The notes: generated from the letters alone by a model not told the origin. A stretch of 24,000 bases of DNA from Bacillus sp. ISL-51 (GCF_018613535.1 NZ_JAGGQB010000009.1:1-24000); one strand, 5' to 3'; shown: positions 1 through 9,171, counted from the stretch's first letter. A program made the numbers and translations.

Positions 1-3000
1 GCCGCTGTCGCCGTACGTGTACGATTTTGTGACGTTGTTGTCTGCGTCTGTTTCATACAGGACATTCAGGCTGTCTCCGTCATAAAAGTAGTTCGTGACG
101 TTTCCGTTGACGGTTTTTTGGATTCTGTTGCCTTTTTCATCGTATTTGTATGTTGCGAATGGCTTGTCTTCGCCTTTTTTCGTCACGGCGGTCAGGTTGT
201 CTTCCGCGTCCCATGTGTACGTGTATTTTCCGTCGGATGTGCGGTTGCCGTTTTTATCGTAGGACAGTTCTTCGTCATTCACCTTCGTCAGCTGGTTCAT
301 GATGTTGAAGGAAGCGTTGACTGATTTGCTTGCGCCGTCCTTTGTTGTGGTGACGTTTGTCCGGTTGCCGAAGCCGTCGTACGTGTATTGAATGACGGTG
401 CCGTCTTCATGAGTTTCTTTGACGAGCTGGTTGAGCTTGCCGTATTCGTATTGCACCTTTCCGCCCGCTGAGCTGTCGATGATCGTGCGGTTGCCGTTGG
501 CGTCGTACTCATAGCTTTCTTGGAAGATGCTGCCGCCATTTTTCGCTCCGATATGAAGAGAGCTGACGAGATTCCGCTCATCATACGAGAAGCTCGTGCC
601 GACTTCATTGCCGCTGATGAATGTCTGCACATTTCCGTTTTCATCGTAATCAAATGTATAGGCTGAAGTGCCGTCTTTCATTTCAATCATTTGATCAAGT
701 TTGTTGTACGTAAAGCTGTTTGTTCCTTTTTGGCCGCCGTGGCTCCATGAGAAAGTTTTCAGCTTATCCGAATCAGCCGGATACGTCCAGCTCTGGCTGC
801 CGTCGCGGTCGGTTAATTCGGTCAGGCGGTTTTTGTTGTCAAATGTGCGTTTCTTCGTTGTATTTTGTTCTTTATTGACGACAGACGTTTCATTGCCGTT
901 TTTGTCATACGCAAAGTTGTACTTTTCAGTGCCGTTATATGATTTTGACTTTACCCGGTCTGTTCCGTCATAGGTCAATGAGACTTCATTGCCGTTGGCG
1001 GAGACGGTTTTCGTCAGGTTGCTGTTGGCGTCATATTCACTCTTCAGTACATTGCCGAGCGGGTCGGTTGTTTTGACGAGCTTGCCCATGACGTCATATT
1101 CATATTGATAGGTCTGGTCTGCGCCGGCCCGTATCGTTTTTGTCAGCTCATGGCCTTCCTTGTCATAGCTGTGAAGGATGGATGTGCCGTTTGACAGGGA
1201 CAGCTTTGTCAGCTGGTCTGCCTGATCGTATTCGTAGGCGGTTGTTTCGCCTTTCGCGTCGGTTTCAGACGTTTTCTTGCCTGTCTCATCATATGCCGTT
1301 GTGCTGGCGTAGCCTAGTTCGTCTTCTTCTTTTGTGACATAGTTTCCTTTTTCGTCATAGGTGCTTTTCGTTAAGATGCTTCCTTCGATTAATCGGATAT
1401 CATCAAACCATGCCGTTCCTGTCGCGCTTTTTTGGAACAGAATGCTGATGTCGATTTTGCTGATCGGCTTTGTTTTCGGAATGACTGCCGCTGCGCGGTT
1501 CCATTCCTGTGTCCCCTGCGGGAATTTGGCGCTGTATACCCCTGTCGTGCCGTCCGCATAAGTGACATTGGCTTGAAGCGAGTAATCATTTTCATTTGTC
1601 AATTTGACGCCGTCAGCCTTGGACATCCCTGTCAGCGTGATATATACCGGTTTATCGTCTGCGCTTTGGCCTAATGTGACGGTTTGTTTTGCGGCCGCAT
1701 TGGCTTGTGATGTATTTGTGCGGGACGCTTTTAATGAGACGTCGTCATCGAAGCCTTCATCCGAATCTGCGGCGGCTCCGCTTGCGCTCCAGCTGTCTGT
1801 TTTGGCAGTGAAACTGCTGTTTTGAACCGGGTTATAGCTTGACGATACTTCGCCTTTTTCCAGCTGAACCTGATCAAACCAAGCTTTTCCTTTGCCGTCC
1901 TTGTCGTTATGATCCACTTCCATATAGATGACGGCTTTTCCTGCATTGGCCGGTGTTGTAAAGGTGATTTGCCGTTTCGTCCAGTCATTCTTTCCGGCTA
2001 ATGCGCTGGATTCGTTGTGAATCCATTGAATGCGTTTTTGGTCTTTGTCACGCAGATCAATGTTAAAATAGGCTCTTGCTTTCGTCAGATCTGTTTTGAT
2101 CTGGCCGCTGAGTGTATATGTTGTATTCGGTTCAAGCTGTACTTCCTGTGTTGCGGACGCATGGCCGTGCTCCGTTCCGGCAGAAGCGGATTGAGATGTA
2201 ATTTCCAGCGCTTTTTGCCCTGACAGCGCGCCGCTTCTTTCGTTTACCGCCGCGATTTTTCCGCTGTCCCTTGTTGCGGTGAGGTTCCAGCCAAGCTTCG
2301 CCCCTTCAAAACTGCCATCTGTCAGTAAGCTCGCTGATGCCGCCAGCTCTTTGCTTGATTGAATGACGTTTCCGTATTTATCATAAACAGCAGCGGACGA
2401 GGATTTTCCGCTTTGATCCGTTTCAGAAACGGCATCAAGCCCGTCATAGGCAATATCCGTGACGTTCCCCTCGGTATCCTTCATTTTCGTGACGTCATTG
2501 TTTTTGTTGTATTCATACGTTTCGGTGCCGTAGGCGTCTTTTACAGCTGTGACGTTGCCGTCTTTATCATATTGATAGCTTTCTGTCGCTTTGCCTGTAC
2601 CGGCATCGTTCGGATCGGTGTCCTGAATAACGTTGTTGCCTTCGTATACGGTGTTGGTCGTGATTTTCAACCCTTCGGCGTCATCGATCACCTGAATCGG
2701 GTTGCCTGCCTCGTTATAGCCGTACTGCACCTTGCGGCCGTTCGGCTGCGTCATCATCAGCGTTTTTTTGTCAGCATCATAGCTGTAAACGTACGTTTCT
2801 TTTTTTGCATTGATGGCTTTTTCAAGGCGGTGGCCGCTGTATTGATATTCAGTGAACAGCGGTTTATCATCTGTGCTGTTTGCGGAATACTGCTTGACGA
2901 GGCGTCCTTCGTCATCATAATCATAGCTCGTGACGCTGCCGTCAGTATCTGTCACTTTTTTCAGAAAGTCTTTTTCATATGAATACGAAATCTTTTTGTT

Positions 3001-6000
3001 TTTCGGCCCTGTAAGAGATGTGACATGGCCGTTTTCATCGTATTCAAAGGTCAGCTTGCGTCCTGATGCGTCTGTTATGGATGTCAGCTGATTTTTGTCA
3101 TTGTACTGGTATTCGGTCGTATTGTTGTGTCCGTCAACAACCTTTTGAAGCTTGCCGCCTTTTTTGCTGAAATACGCATTCGTTTGGTCCTTTGTTTTTA
3201 ATACAAATTGATCGCTTGTTTCGGTTAACTCGAGATAAACGCCTGTCGGCGGCTGGTAGGTGCCGTCTGATTTCTTTGTGAATACATGGGTTGTCGCATC
3301 TTCATCAATATAGATGGCTCTTCCGTTTTCAGAAAGAATGGACGTTTCCGCATCAGCATACCACCCTTGGCCGAACATATGGTCAGAGCTGTCAAGGCTG
3401 TTATAGGTCCGCGACAAGCCAAGCCCCGGTCCGCGTCCGTCGATTGACATGTCTTCTTCATTGACGATGGCATTCCCCGTGGCGCCGTTCAGCTGCCCGT
3501 CCGGAATGTCAATGATAGACCAGAAATCTTCCGTTCCGAGAAATTCCGCGCCTTCGTGAAATGTCGGATTAAAAGGTGCGGTCGGAACGGTGTCACCGTT
3601 TGCGTCATAAGCGGTAAGTGTAAAGGAATAGTTCTTCTTCCCTTTGTAATTGCCGTTTGCGTTCGCATAAACAGGCGAAGGATCAAGCGCCAGCTCTCCG
3701 CCTTTTCCGTCTGTGTGAAGCTGATATTTGCCTGCTTTTATCTCATCGGATGACGGCCAGATGTTTTTGTTTTGGGTCGTCCAATGATCGGTGTCGCCGA
3801 CATCGAATGATTGATAGTCTTTCCCGTTATAGATATTGATTTTATAGCCTTTGGCGTTTTTGACTTTGTCCCATATGAGATTGACATAGCCTGTTTGGCT
3901 TGATTTTGTATTCGTATAGACATAACCCGTCAGGTTTTTCGGCTTTGCGATATCAGGCAGCGCCGGACTTGCTTCAGGTGACGAAATCGCTTCTCCGTCT
4001 TTGTTATAGGCAATGACTTTAAACGCGTAGGTTTTCCGGTTGGCATCTCCCCCGGCGTTTTTATAAACGGGACCCGGGTTAATCGGCAATTCCGCACCGT
4101 TATTGTCTTTCAGGTGAAGCGCGTATTTTCCGGCGCTGATTTCCGCTTTTGTCGGCCAGATCTTTTGGTCTTTTGTCGACCAGGATGTTTTATTTCCGAG
4201 GTCAAGGGTTTCAAAGCCTTTACCGTTGTAGACCTGAATTTTATACCCCGCAGCGCCTGATACGGCTTTCCAGGAAAGATCAAAGTAGCCTGTGGCGTTA
4301 TTGTTATTAAAGCCTTTTGTGGTTGGTTTCTGAGCTCTGCCCACATTCGGGATGACGGGCTTTGCGGCCGCTGACATTGCGCCTTCTCCTTGGTCAAACA
4401 CCGCGCTGACCGCGACCCAATAGTTTTTGCTTGCCGGATAGCTGCCTCCGGAATTTTTATACACCGGTGACGGGTCAAGCGCCAATTCGCTTCCGCCTTT
4501 GCCGTCTGTATGCAGCTTGAATTTTCCTGAGTCGATTTCCGCTTTTGCGGGCCAGATGTTTTTCCCCTTTGTGCTCCAAGAGGTCACATTGCCGACAGAA
4601 ATGGCTTGATATTCTTTTCCGTTATAAAGCCAGACTTTATAGCTTTTGGCGCCTTCGGCTTTTTTCCAGCTGATATTGAAAAATCCGCTCGAATCACCGT
4701 TGTGATACGCTTTGACAGACGGTGTGTCCGCCTTCGGAATCGTATATGTGACTTCGATGTATGGTTTTTTGTCGGAGTTAGCTGAGGACATCAGCTTTTT
4801 CCAATACTCTTTTCCGTTGCCGTTTGCGTGGAGCTTAAAGCCGTAATTCGCTCCGCCGCTGTTCCACGACTTGACTGCGGATGTGACATCGTAGCTTGCC
4901 CATTGGCCTTTGTAGACCTCGGCTTTGCCGATGTTTTTGGAGCCCGGTTTGTTTTTCCACGTGACCTTGGCATTGTCGTAATTGCTGTTTACGGTATCAA
5001 GCCAAAGCCCGGTCGCTTTTGAACCGTAATATGAATGGGCTGTGTATGCTTTGAGCGTTGCTTTTGTAACCGTCATATTTTTAATCGGCTTTAGATTATC
5101 AAACTTCATAAACGCATAGTTTGTTCCCGTTGTGCCATCATAATAGCCCGTTTTCAGCACGTACGCTTTTAATCCGGCGTCCCATTTCTGTGAGGCGGCG
5201 GAGTAGTTTGTCGTCGGGTAAGCGCTCATGACAAAGGTATCTGATGACACGGATACAGATGTCGACGGGTCAATAGATACCGGATAGACCCGCTCAGGAT
5301 CTTTCAGCCATTTTTCATCGGCCATTACGTGGAGCAAGTAGCCCTCGTTGTTTTTCTCAAGTTTGAAGCTGACATCATCTGACCGGCTGACCTCGCCGGA
5401 CTTCTCGTCTAGATTGGAATCGGTCATAAAGGGCTTCGGCACGTTATAGATGACTTTTTCTTTGTCATCAGAAAACGCGATGGAGCCGTCTTCCTGTTCT
5501 TTTGCTTGTAAATCGGTTTTGATTTGAAACGTAAATGAGTTATATCCTTCATATTTGTGAAGGACGAGATCTTCTTTGATATTTTCGTTGAATGTGTAGG
5601 TTTGTAAGTCAATGTCAGGAAATACTTGCTGATACGTAAGCTCGTTACTGTTTTCCTTCACTTTTGCTGAGGCATCTGTCGGAGTAATTGCAGCCTGATC
5701 GGGGCCTTTTGCGCCAGTTAATGAGTATGCGAGCTTATGATCATCGTGTTCAAATGTAGCGTACAATCCGTTCTTCATTTGTTTCAGAAAATCGGAATGC
5801 AACACTGTATTTTCCGTCTCGACTTCCTTTGAACCGGTTTTTAATTCAGGGGAGACTTCTTCCCAGTCCGCATTCGCGGTTTCTTTTGTATGAATGGGCT
5901 CTGTGTAGACTTCCTGCTTATACACACCGTCTCCCTCATAGAAAAGCTTTGAATGTTCAGTTCTTTCAGACGTGATTTCACCGTCTTTGTTGATATCTTT

Positions 6001-6204
6001 CTTATCAAACGGCAGCTGTTCGTCTGATTTTTCCGCCGGAAGATCTTTTTCCGGGTCTGCGGCCGGAACGGCGGCTTTCTCTTGCTTGTCATTTTCACGC
6101 GTTTCTGCCGCAAATACATCGGCAGGTGCGATCGAAATTAATAAAGCCGCCGCAAGAGTGCCTGCTAACCAGCTTTTCCACTTGTTCTTTTTTCCCATTT
6201 TCAT
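1..6204 (-). CDS. wapA: Cell-wall-associated RHS/YD-repeat polymorphic toxin WapA, N-terminal 2068 codons. The 3' end, including the toxin domain, runs off the left edge of the window.
   Basis: The minus-strand frame with codon starts at positions divisible by 3 has no stop from 6204 to 1, checked triplet by triplet. The ORF track omits it because no stop lies in the window. An RBS AGAAGGAGGAGGA precedes the ATG at 6204. Translation starts MKMGKKNKWKSWLAGTLAAALLISIAPADVFA (signal peptide). It continues with three ~131-aa repeats and then many YD motifs (YEYDANGN, YTYDGFGN, YKYDEKGN, YTYGDSG at the window edge). Confidence 0.9.
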   Translation of the reverse strand, partial: MKMGKKNKWKSWLAGTLAAALLISIAPADVFAAETRENDKQEKAAVPAADPEKDLPAEKSDEQLPFDKKDINKDGEITSERTEHSKLFYEGDGVYKQEVYTEPIHTKETANADWEEVSPELKTGSKEVETENTVLHSDFLKQMKNGLYATFEHDDHKLAYSLTGAKGPDQAAITPTDASAKVKENSNELTYQQVFPDIDLQTYTFNENIKEDLVLHKYEGYNSFTFQIKTDLQAKEQEDGSIAFSDDKEKVIYNVPKPFMTDSNLDEKSGEVSRSDDVSFKLEKNNEGYLLHVMADEKWLKDPERVYPVSIDPSTSVSVSSDTFVMSAYPTTNYSAASQKWDAGLKAYVLKTGYYDGTTGTNYAFMKFDNLKPIKNMTVTKATLKAYTAHSYYGSKATGLWLDTVNSNYDNAKVTWKNKPGSKNIGKAEVYKGQWASYDVTSAVKSWNSGGANYGFKLHANGNGKEYWKKLMSSANSDKKPYIEVTYTIPKADTPSVKAYHNGDSSGFFNISWKKAEGAKSYKVWLYNGKEYQAISVGNVTSWSTKGKNIWPAKAEIDSGKFKLHTDGKGGSELALDPSPVYKNSGGSYPASKNYWVAVSAVFDQGEGAMSAAAKPVIPNVGRAQKPTTKGFNNNNATGYFDLSWKAVSGAAGYKIQVYNGKGFETLDLGNKTSWSTKDQKIWPTKAEISAGKYALHLKDNNGAELPINPGPVYKNAGGDANRKTYAFKVIAYNKDGEAISSPEASPALPDIAKPKNLTGYVYTNTKSSQTGYVNLIWDKVKNAKGYKINIYNGKDYQSFDVGDTDHWTTQNKNIWPSSDEIKAGKYQLHTDGKGGELALDPSPVYANANGNYKGKKNYSFTLTAYDANGDTVPTAPFNPTFHEGAEFLGTEDFWSIIDIPDGQLNGATGNAIVNEEDMSIDGRGPGLGLSRTYNSLDSSDHMFGQGWYADAETSILSENGRAIYIDEDATTHVFTKKSDGTYQPPTGVYLELTETSDQFVLKTKDQTNAYFSKKGGKLQKVVDGHNNTTEYQYNDKNQLTSITDASGRKLTFEYDENGHVTSLTGPKNKKISYSYEKDFLKKVTDTDGSVTSYDYDDEGRLVKQYSANSTDDKPLFTEYQYSGHRLEKAINAKKETYVYSYDADKKTLMMTQPNGRKVQYGYNEAGNPIQVIDDAEGLKITTNTVYEGNNVIQDTDPNDAGTGKATESYQYDKDGNVTAVKDAYGTETYEYNKNNDVTKMKDTEGNVTDIAYDGLDAVSETDQSGKSSSAAVYDKYGNVIQSSKELAASASLLTDGSFEGAKLGWNLTATRDSGKIAAVNERSGALSGQKALEITSQSASAGTEHGHASATQEVQLEPNTTYTLSGQIKTDLTKARAYFNIDLRDKDQKRIQWIHNESSALAGKNDWTKRQITFTTPANAGKAVIYMEVDHNDKDGKGKAWFDQVQLEKGEVSSSYNPVQNSSFTAKTDSWSASGAAADSDEGFDDDVSLKASRTNTSQANAAAKQTVTLGQSADDKPVYITLTGMSKADGVKLTNENDYSLQANVTYADGTTGVYSAKFPQGTQEWNRAAAVIPKTKPISKIDISILFQKSATGTAWFDDIRLIEGSILTKSTYDEKGNYVTKEEDELGYASTTAYDETGKKTSETDAKGETTAYEYDQADQLTKLSLSNGTSILHSYDKEGHELTKTIRAGADQTYQYEYDVMGKLVKTTDPLGNVLKSEYDANSNLTKTVSANGNEVSLTYDGTDRVKSKSYNGTEKYNFAYDKNGNETSVVNKEQNTTKKRTFDNKNRLTELTDRDGSQSWTYPADSDKLKTFSWSHGGQKGTNSFTYNKLDQMIEMKDGTSAYTFDYDENGNVQTFISGNEVGTSFSYDERNLVSSLHIGAKNGGSIFQESYEYDANGNRTIIDSSAGGKVQYEYGKLNQLVKETHEDGTVIQYTYDGFGNRTNVTTTKDGASKSVNASFNIMNQLTKVNDEELSYDKNGNRTSDGKYTYTWDAEDNLTAVTKKGEDKPFATYKYDEKGNRIQKTVNGNVTNYFYDGDSLNVLYETDADNNVTKSYTYGDSG
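1385..2340 (-). other. Two tandem CBM-like (carbohydrate-binding beta-sandwich type) modules embedded in the WapA YD-repeat region
   Basis: This stretch lacks YD motifs. It reads ...TDGSFEGAKLGWNL...EVQLEPNTTYTLSGQIKTD...GKNDWTKRQITFTTPANAGKAVIYMEV...GKAWFDQVQLEKG, then ...VQNSSFTAKTDSWSASG...KPVYITLTGMSKADG...EWNRAAAVIPKTKPISKIDISILFQKSATGTAWFDDIRLIEG. The WFD(Q/D)(V/I)xL endings are typical of CBM4/9-like modules. The domain assignment is by eye only. Confidence 0.4.
3553..4737 (-). repeat. Three tandem in-frame repeats of ~395 bp (~131 aa) inside wapA, the presumed wall-binding repeat region
   Basis: The translated units align by eye: ...GFFNISWKKAEGAKSYKVWLYNGKEYQAISVGNVTSWSTKGKNIWPAKAEIDSGKFKLHTDGKGG... 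/ ...GYFDLSWKAVSGAAGYKIQVYNGKGFETLDLGNKTSWSTKDQKIWPTKAEISAGKYALHLKDNNG... / ...GYVNLIWDKVKNAKGYKINIYNGKDYQSFDVGDTDHWTTQNKNIWPSSDEIKAGKYQLHTDGKGG... Confidence 0.75.
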
Positions 6205-6240
6205 ATGTCCTCCTCCTTCTTTTGTAACATAGACTTAATA

Positions 6241-6269
6241 ATAGTAATCTCGCTGAAATCCTTTATCAA
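6241..6269 (-). promoter_or_regulatory. Putative sigA promoter of wapA (TTGATA - 17 nt - TACTAT)
   Basis: On the minus strand, TTGATA lies at 6269-6264 and TACTAT at 6246-6241, with a 17-nt spacer. The site is about 35 nt upstream of the wapA RBS. Confidence 0.35.
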
Positions 6270-6338
6270 TATATTTCTAGGTATTTAAGGTTATTTTAAG
6301 GATAGGAGGAATATATATACTTTTACTCACACAAAAAA

Positions 6339-6360
6339 ACCGCCGCATATTGGCGGCGGT
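6339..6360 (-). terminator. Intrinsic terminator downstream of the pectin lyase gene
   Basis: Stem ACCGCCGC / GCGGCGGT with a 6-nt loop. On the minus strand it is followed by TTTTTTT, the complement of the A-run at 6332-6338. Confidence 0.7.
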
Positions 6361-6369
6361 TTTCTCGTA

Positions 6370-7434
6370 TTACGGATAGCGCAAAGTTGAATTTTGCGCT
6401 CCGGCGTAGGATTGGGCGTAATTTTTGGCATCCTGTGATGATAGCGTTCTGTAGCTGTAATTTGTTTTCGGGTTCCAGCTGGTGAGAGGTGATTTTGGCG
6501 CTTTCAGAGCCGGGAATGAGCCGATATCGGTAAACTGCGCCGTGCCGTAGTCATCTATCATTCCGCCTTTTTCATTTCCATTGCCAAAATAGTTGGCTTC
6601 TGAATAAACGGTTGCGTTTGTATGAATGGTAAAGCCTAAATTGAAATTGGTAATATAATTGTTTTTAGCATGAAAATAGCCGTATCTCATCAGTCCCGGT
6701 GAGCGGACATAAACATTATTAAAGCAGTTATTGGTGATCGTCATATGCGGGTATCCGATGTAATTCCGGCCTTCGTTATCATCGTTCGGATATCCGAGAA
6801 TAACCCCGTAAAGGTGATCCGTGAATTTAGAGTTAGAAAGGGTGACAAAATCCGCTTTTGCTCCGACGTAAAGAAGCTTTCCTAAATCATCGTGGTTATT
6901 CGGATTATCGCTGTGCCCTTCAAACCAAACGTGGTCAATCCAGTAATTCTGCCCGTTCGCTATGTACATTGGGATGTCGTTGTTGCCTTTAATGGCGGCA
7001 TTATGGCTGATGATGAGGTTTTTAAAAATCACGTTGTTAGAGTTTGAGCCCGTTGTTAAGTAAATATTGGTGAGTCTGTGGCTGGTGTAAGAGCCGACGA
7101 TGGTTTTATTGGCGCCGACTGTCACAACGGCTTTTCCTGAGGAGGAGATGTCACCTGTAATGACGATGGTTTTGCGGTCAGTGCCGCCCGCATTGTTTTT
7201 CAAATCATTGAGATTGCTGACGTATACGACGGAACCGCCTTGGCCTCCTGATACGGCAGATTTTGATTTTCCGTTATGATCCTTCGCATTTCCCGCAAAA
7301 CCGGTAAGCCCCTGCATAACATCCGGATAGCTTGCCGCTGCTTTTGCCTGCTTTGGAGCGGAATATGAGATTGCCAGACAGAGCACAAGCCCGAGGGTAA
7401 TGCCAAAAACGAGTTGACGCGCCTTTCTTATCAT
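6370..7434 (-). CDS. pelB: Secreted PL1-family pectin/pectate lyase, PelB-like
   Basis: 354-aa ORF with a signal peptide (MIRKARQLVFGITLGLVLCLAISYSAPKQAKA). Parallel beta-helix lyase motifs are present: NYWIDHVWFEGH, YGVILGYPNDD, GYPHMTITNNCF, RSPGLMRYGYFHAKNNY. By recollection it closely resembles B. subtilis PelB. An RBS AAAGGGG lies upstream. Confidence 0.85.
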   Translation of the reverse strand: MIRKARQLVFGITLGLVLCLAISYSAPKQAKAAASYPDVMQGLTGFAGNAKDHNGKSKSAVSGGQGGSVVYVSNLNDLKNNAGGTDRKTIVITGDISSSGKAVVTVGANKTIVGSYTSHRLTNIYLTTGSNSNNVIFKNLIISHNAAIKGNNDIPMYIANGQNYWIDHVWFEGHSDNPNNHDDLGKLLYVGAKADFVTLSNSKFTDHLYGVILGYPNDDNEGRNYIGYPHMTITNNCFNNVYVRSPGLMRYGYFHAKNNYITNFNLGFTIHTNATVYSEANYFGNGNEKGGMIDDYGTAQFTDIGSFPALKAPKSPLTSWNPKTNYSYRTLSSQDAKNYAQSYAGAQNSTLRYP

Positions 7435-7478
7435 TCAATACAGCCCCTTTAATCTCTCAAATTGTAAACATAAGAAAT

Positions 7479-7486
7479 ATTATACA
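7479..7486 (-). promoter_or_regulatory. Extended -10 element (TGTATAAT) upstream of the pectin lyase gene
   Basis: The minus strand reads ggtaatTGTATAATatttc about 45 nt upstream of the start codon. The -35 region is weak. Confidence 0.4.
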
Positions 7487-7570
7487 ATTACCATCCGTTT
7501 TTTCCATGATCTGTTTGTCTTCTTTTCTGTCAGTTGACTAGATAGCTGAAAAGCCCCAAAACACATAGAA

Positions 7571-7593
7571 AAGGCAGCCATCTTGGCCGCCTT
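7571..7593 (-). terminator. Probable intrinsic terminator of yxxF; the stem overlaps the stop codon
   Basis: AAGGCAGCC / GGCCGCCTT forms a 9-bp stem with one mismatch. On the minus strand it is followed by TTCTATGTGTTTT. Confidence 0.5.
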
Positions 7594-8506
7594 ACATATG
7601 GGTGCTTTCTGTCTTAACAGATTTTTGTTTCTTTACAAGCGTCAGCGCCATACCCGCAAAAATCATGACAATGCCAAGTGATTGATAGAGATCGGGACGA
7701 AAGCCGGTAAACACGGTATCCAGCACAATCGCCACAGCCGGATCGAGAAAAACGATGATTGAAATAAATCGGGTGGACAAAAAACGCAGGCTGTCAAAAA
7801 ACAGCAAATACACAATCCCGGTATGAATGATCCCGGTAGACACAATCATGATCCAGTTACTGTACGACAAATGGGAAAACGATCCAAAATGGATAAACGG
7901 AAGCAAGATGACAATCCCCAGTCCCGTCTGCAAAAAGGTGACGGCATAAGGGCTGAGGCTGTTGATGCCTTTCCCGAGCAATGTCGTAAAGGCGTAAAAA
8001 AGCGCGGCCAAAACGGCCCAAATGATTCCCGAGCCCATCAGCTGAGCCAGCGACGTATTCCCGCTGATGCCGGAGATCAGCGCGGTGCCCAGAAAGCAAA
8101 TCACAATCGAGGCGACAGACATGACACGCAGTTTTTCCCGGTATATGACGCTTCCGAGGAGAAGGACAAGCACCGGGGCCAAATGATAAACAGAAATCGC
8201 AATCGTCACAGACGTTTCTTCAAATGATTTGAATAAAAACACCCAATTAAACACGAGAAAAAAACCGCAGGCCAGCGTTTGAAGGACCTCTCTCCGGCTC
8301 CACTTTTCGGTACGATACTGCCCCGTTGCAAACCAGCAAATCCCTAAAAATAATGTGGCGCAGAGACACCTGACGAAGACAAGTTCAAACGACGGCACAT
8401 TTGTGTGTTCTGAGAAAAAACCGATTGATCCGAAAATCACCATGGAGATAACCATCTTGATCACGGCGGTTGATGTTTGTTTAGATTGTACAAGCTTCTG
8501 CTGCAT
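7592..8506 (-). CDS. yxxF: EamA/DMT-superfamily 10-TM transporter (YxxF-like)
   Basis: 304-aa, very hydrophobic ORF with a two-halved EamA-like organisation. An RBS GGAGGAAG sits 9 nt upstream of the ATG. Its position next to yxiE/bglH matches B. subtilis. Confidence 0.8.
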   Translation of the reverse strand: MQQKLVQSKQTSTAVIKMVISMVIFGSIGFFSEHTNVPSFELVFVRCLCATLFLGICWFATGQYRTEKWSRREVLQTLACGFFLVFNWVFLFKSFEETSVTIAISVYHLAPVLVLLLGSVIYREKLRVMSVASIVICFLGTALISGISGNTSLAQLMGSGIIWAVLAALFYAFTTLLGKGINSLSPYAVTFLQTGLGIVILLPFIHFGSFSHLSYSNWIMIVSTGIIHTGIVYLLFFDSLRFLSTRFISIIVFLDPAVAIVLDTVFTGFRPDLYQSLGIVMIFAGMALTLVKKQKSVKTESTHM

Positions 8507-8624
8507 ACGTATATTCTTCCTCCATATATCATATCGTTAACTGTTTATTCAGATAATGATTTTCAGTCCATTGTACTGGAACTGGGGGAAGAAATCATCC
8601 TATTTTTAGCATTTCATAAAAAAA

Positions 8625-8649
8625 GCCCCGCCGAGGCAGGGCTTTTTTT
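8625..8649 (-). terminator. Intrinsic terminator after yxiE, at the end of the bglPH-yxiE transcription unit; bidirectional in shape
   Basis: The GC-rich stem GCCCCGC / GCAGGGC is flanked by A7 on one side and T7 on the other. Confidence 0.7.
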
Positions 8650-9094
8650 AATGAACGATCAATACAGGACAAGGAGACAGTTGTGAGACCTTGTGGCTCA
8701 CGCTTCCGAGCATCATTTCTTTAAATCCGCTGATTCCGCGGCTTCCGACGACAATCAGATTGAAATGCTGTTCTTTCGCTATGTTTAAAATTTGATGCGC
8801 AGGCTCACCTTGGACATACAAGCCTTGAGCCTCTACTCCGCTTTCAGCCGCTTTCTGTTTTGCATCTTCCAAAATAGCTGTTCCTTTTTGTTCGACTTCA
8901 TGCTTGATATCTTCAATGAAGTTTTCAGGAACATATACAATTCCGGTTAAGGCTGAGGTTGAGACAACGGCCTCCCTCCCTGCATAGAGGATGGTGAGTT
9001 CAGCCTGCTGTTCTTTTGCTAAATGAATAGCTGCGTCCAGCGCTTTGCTGCTCATTTCTGAGCCGTCAACTGCTGCAAGTATTTTTTTAAACAT
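8648..9094 (-). CDS. yxiE: Universal stress protein (UspA family)
   Basis: 148-aa ORF with the typical Usp layout: MFKKILAAVDGSEMSSKALDAAI...LIVVGSRGISGFKEMMLGSVSHKVSQLSPCPVLIV. Confidence 0.85.
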   Translation of the reverse strand: MFKKILAAVDGSEMSSKALDAAIHLAKEQQAELTILYAGREAVVSTSALTGIVYVPENFIEDIKHEVEQKGTAILEDAKQKAAESGVEAQGLYVQGEPAHQILNIAKEQHFNLIVVGSRGISGFKEMMLGSVSHKVSQLSPCPVLIVH

Positions 9095-9171
9095 ATGAAT
9101 CCCGCCTTTCTGCTTTTATTGTCCTCCTCTTTTTTCCGATTGTCAATTTTGTTGGTCTCCCGCAGAACACT

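Noticed and set aside
2359-2982. 207-aa plus-strand ORF from the track, and the many 60-120-aa ORFs between 118 and 6232
   Set aside because: All lie antisense or out of frame within the continuous wapA reading frame. Their translations are low-complexity (V/F/I/C/R-rich) with no RBS. They are shadow ORFs typical of a long repeat-rich gene.
1-3200. Periodic look of the sequence (recurring gtcata/gccgtt/ttcgta patterns), which might suggest a DNA repeat array or CRISPR
   Set aside because: The periodicity is at the protein level (degenerate YD/RHS repeats on the minus strand). There are no identical direct repeats with unique spacers and no cas genes.
7823-8227. 134-aa plus-strand ORF, plus the 80-aa and 60-aa minus-strand ORFs inside yxxF
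   Set aside because: They overlap the transporter gene in other frames. The highly charged R/K/D/N-rich translation is the complement of hydrophobic TM codons.
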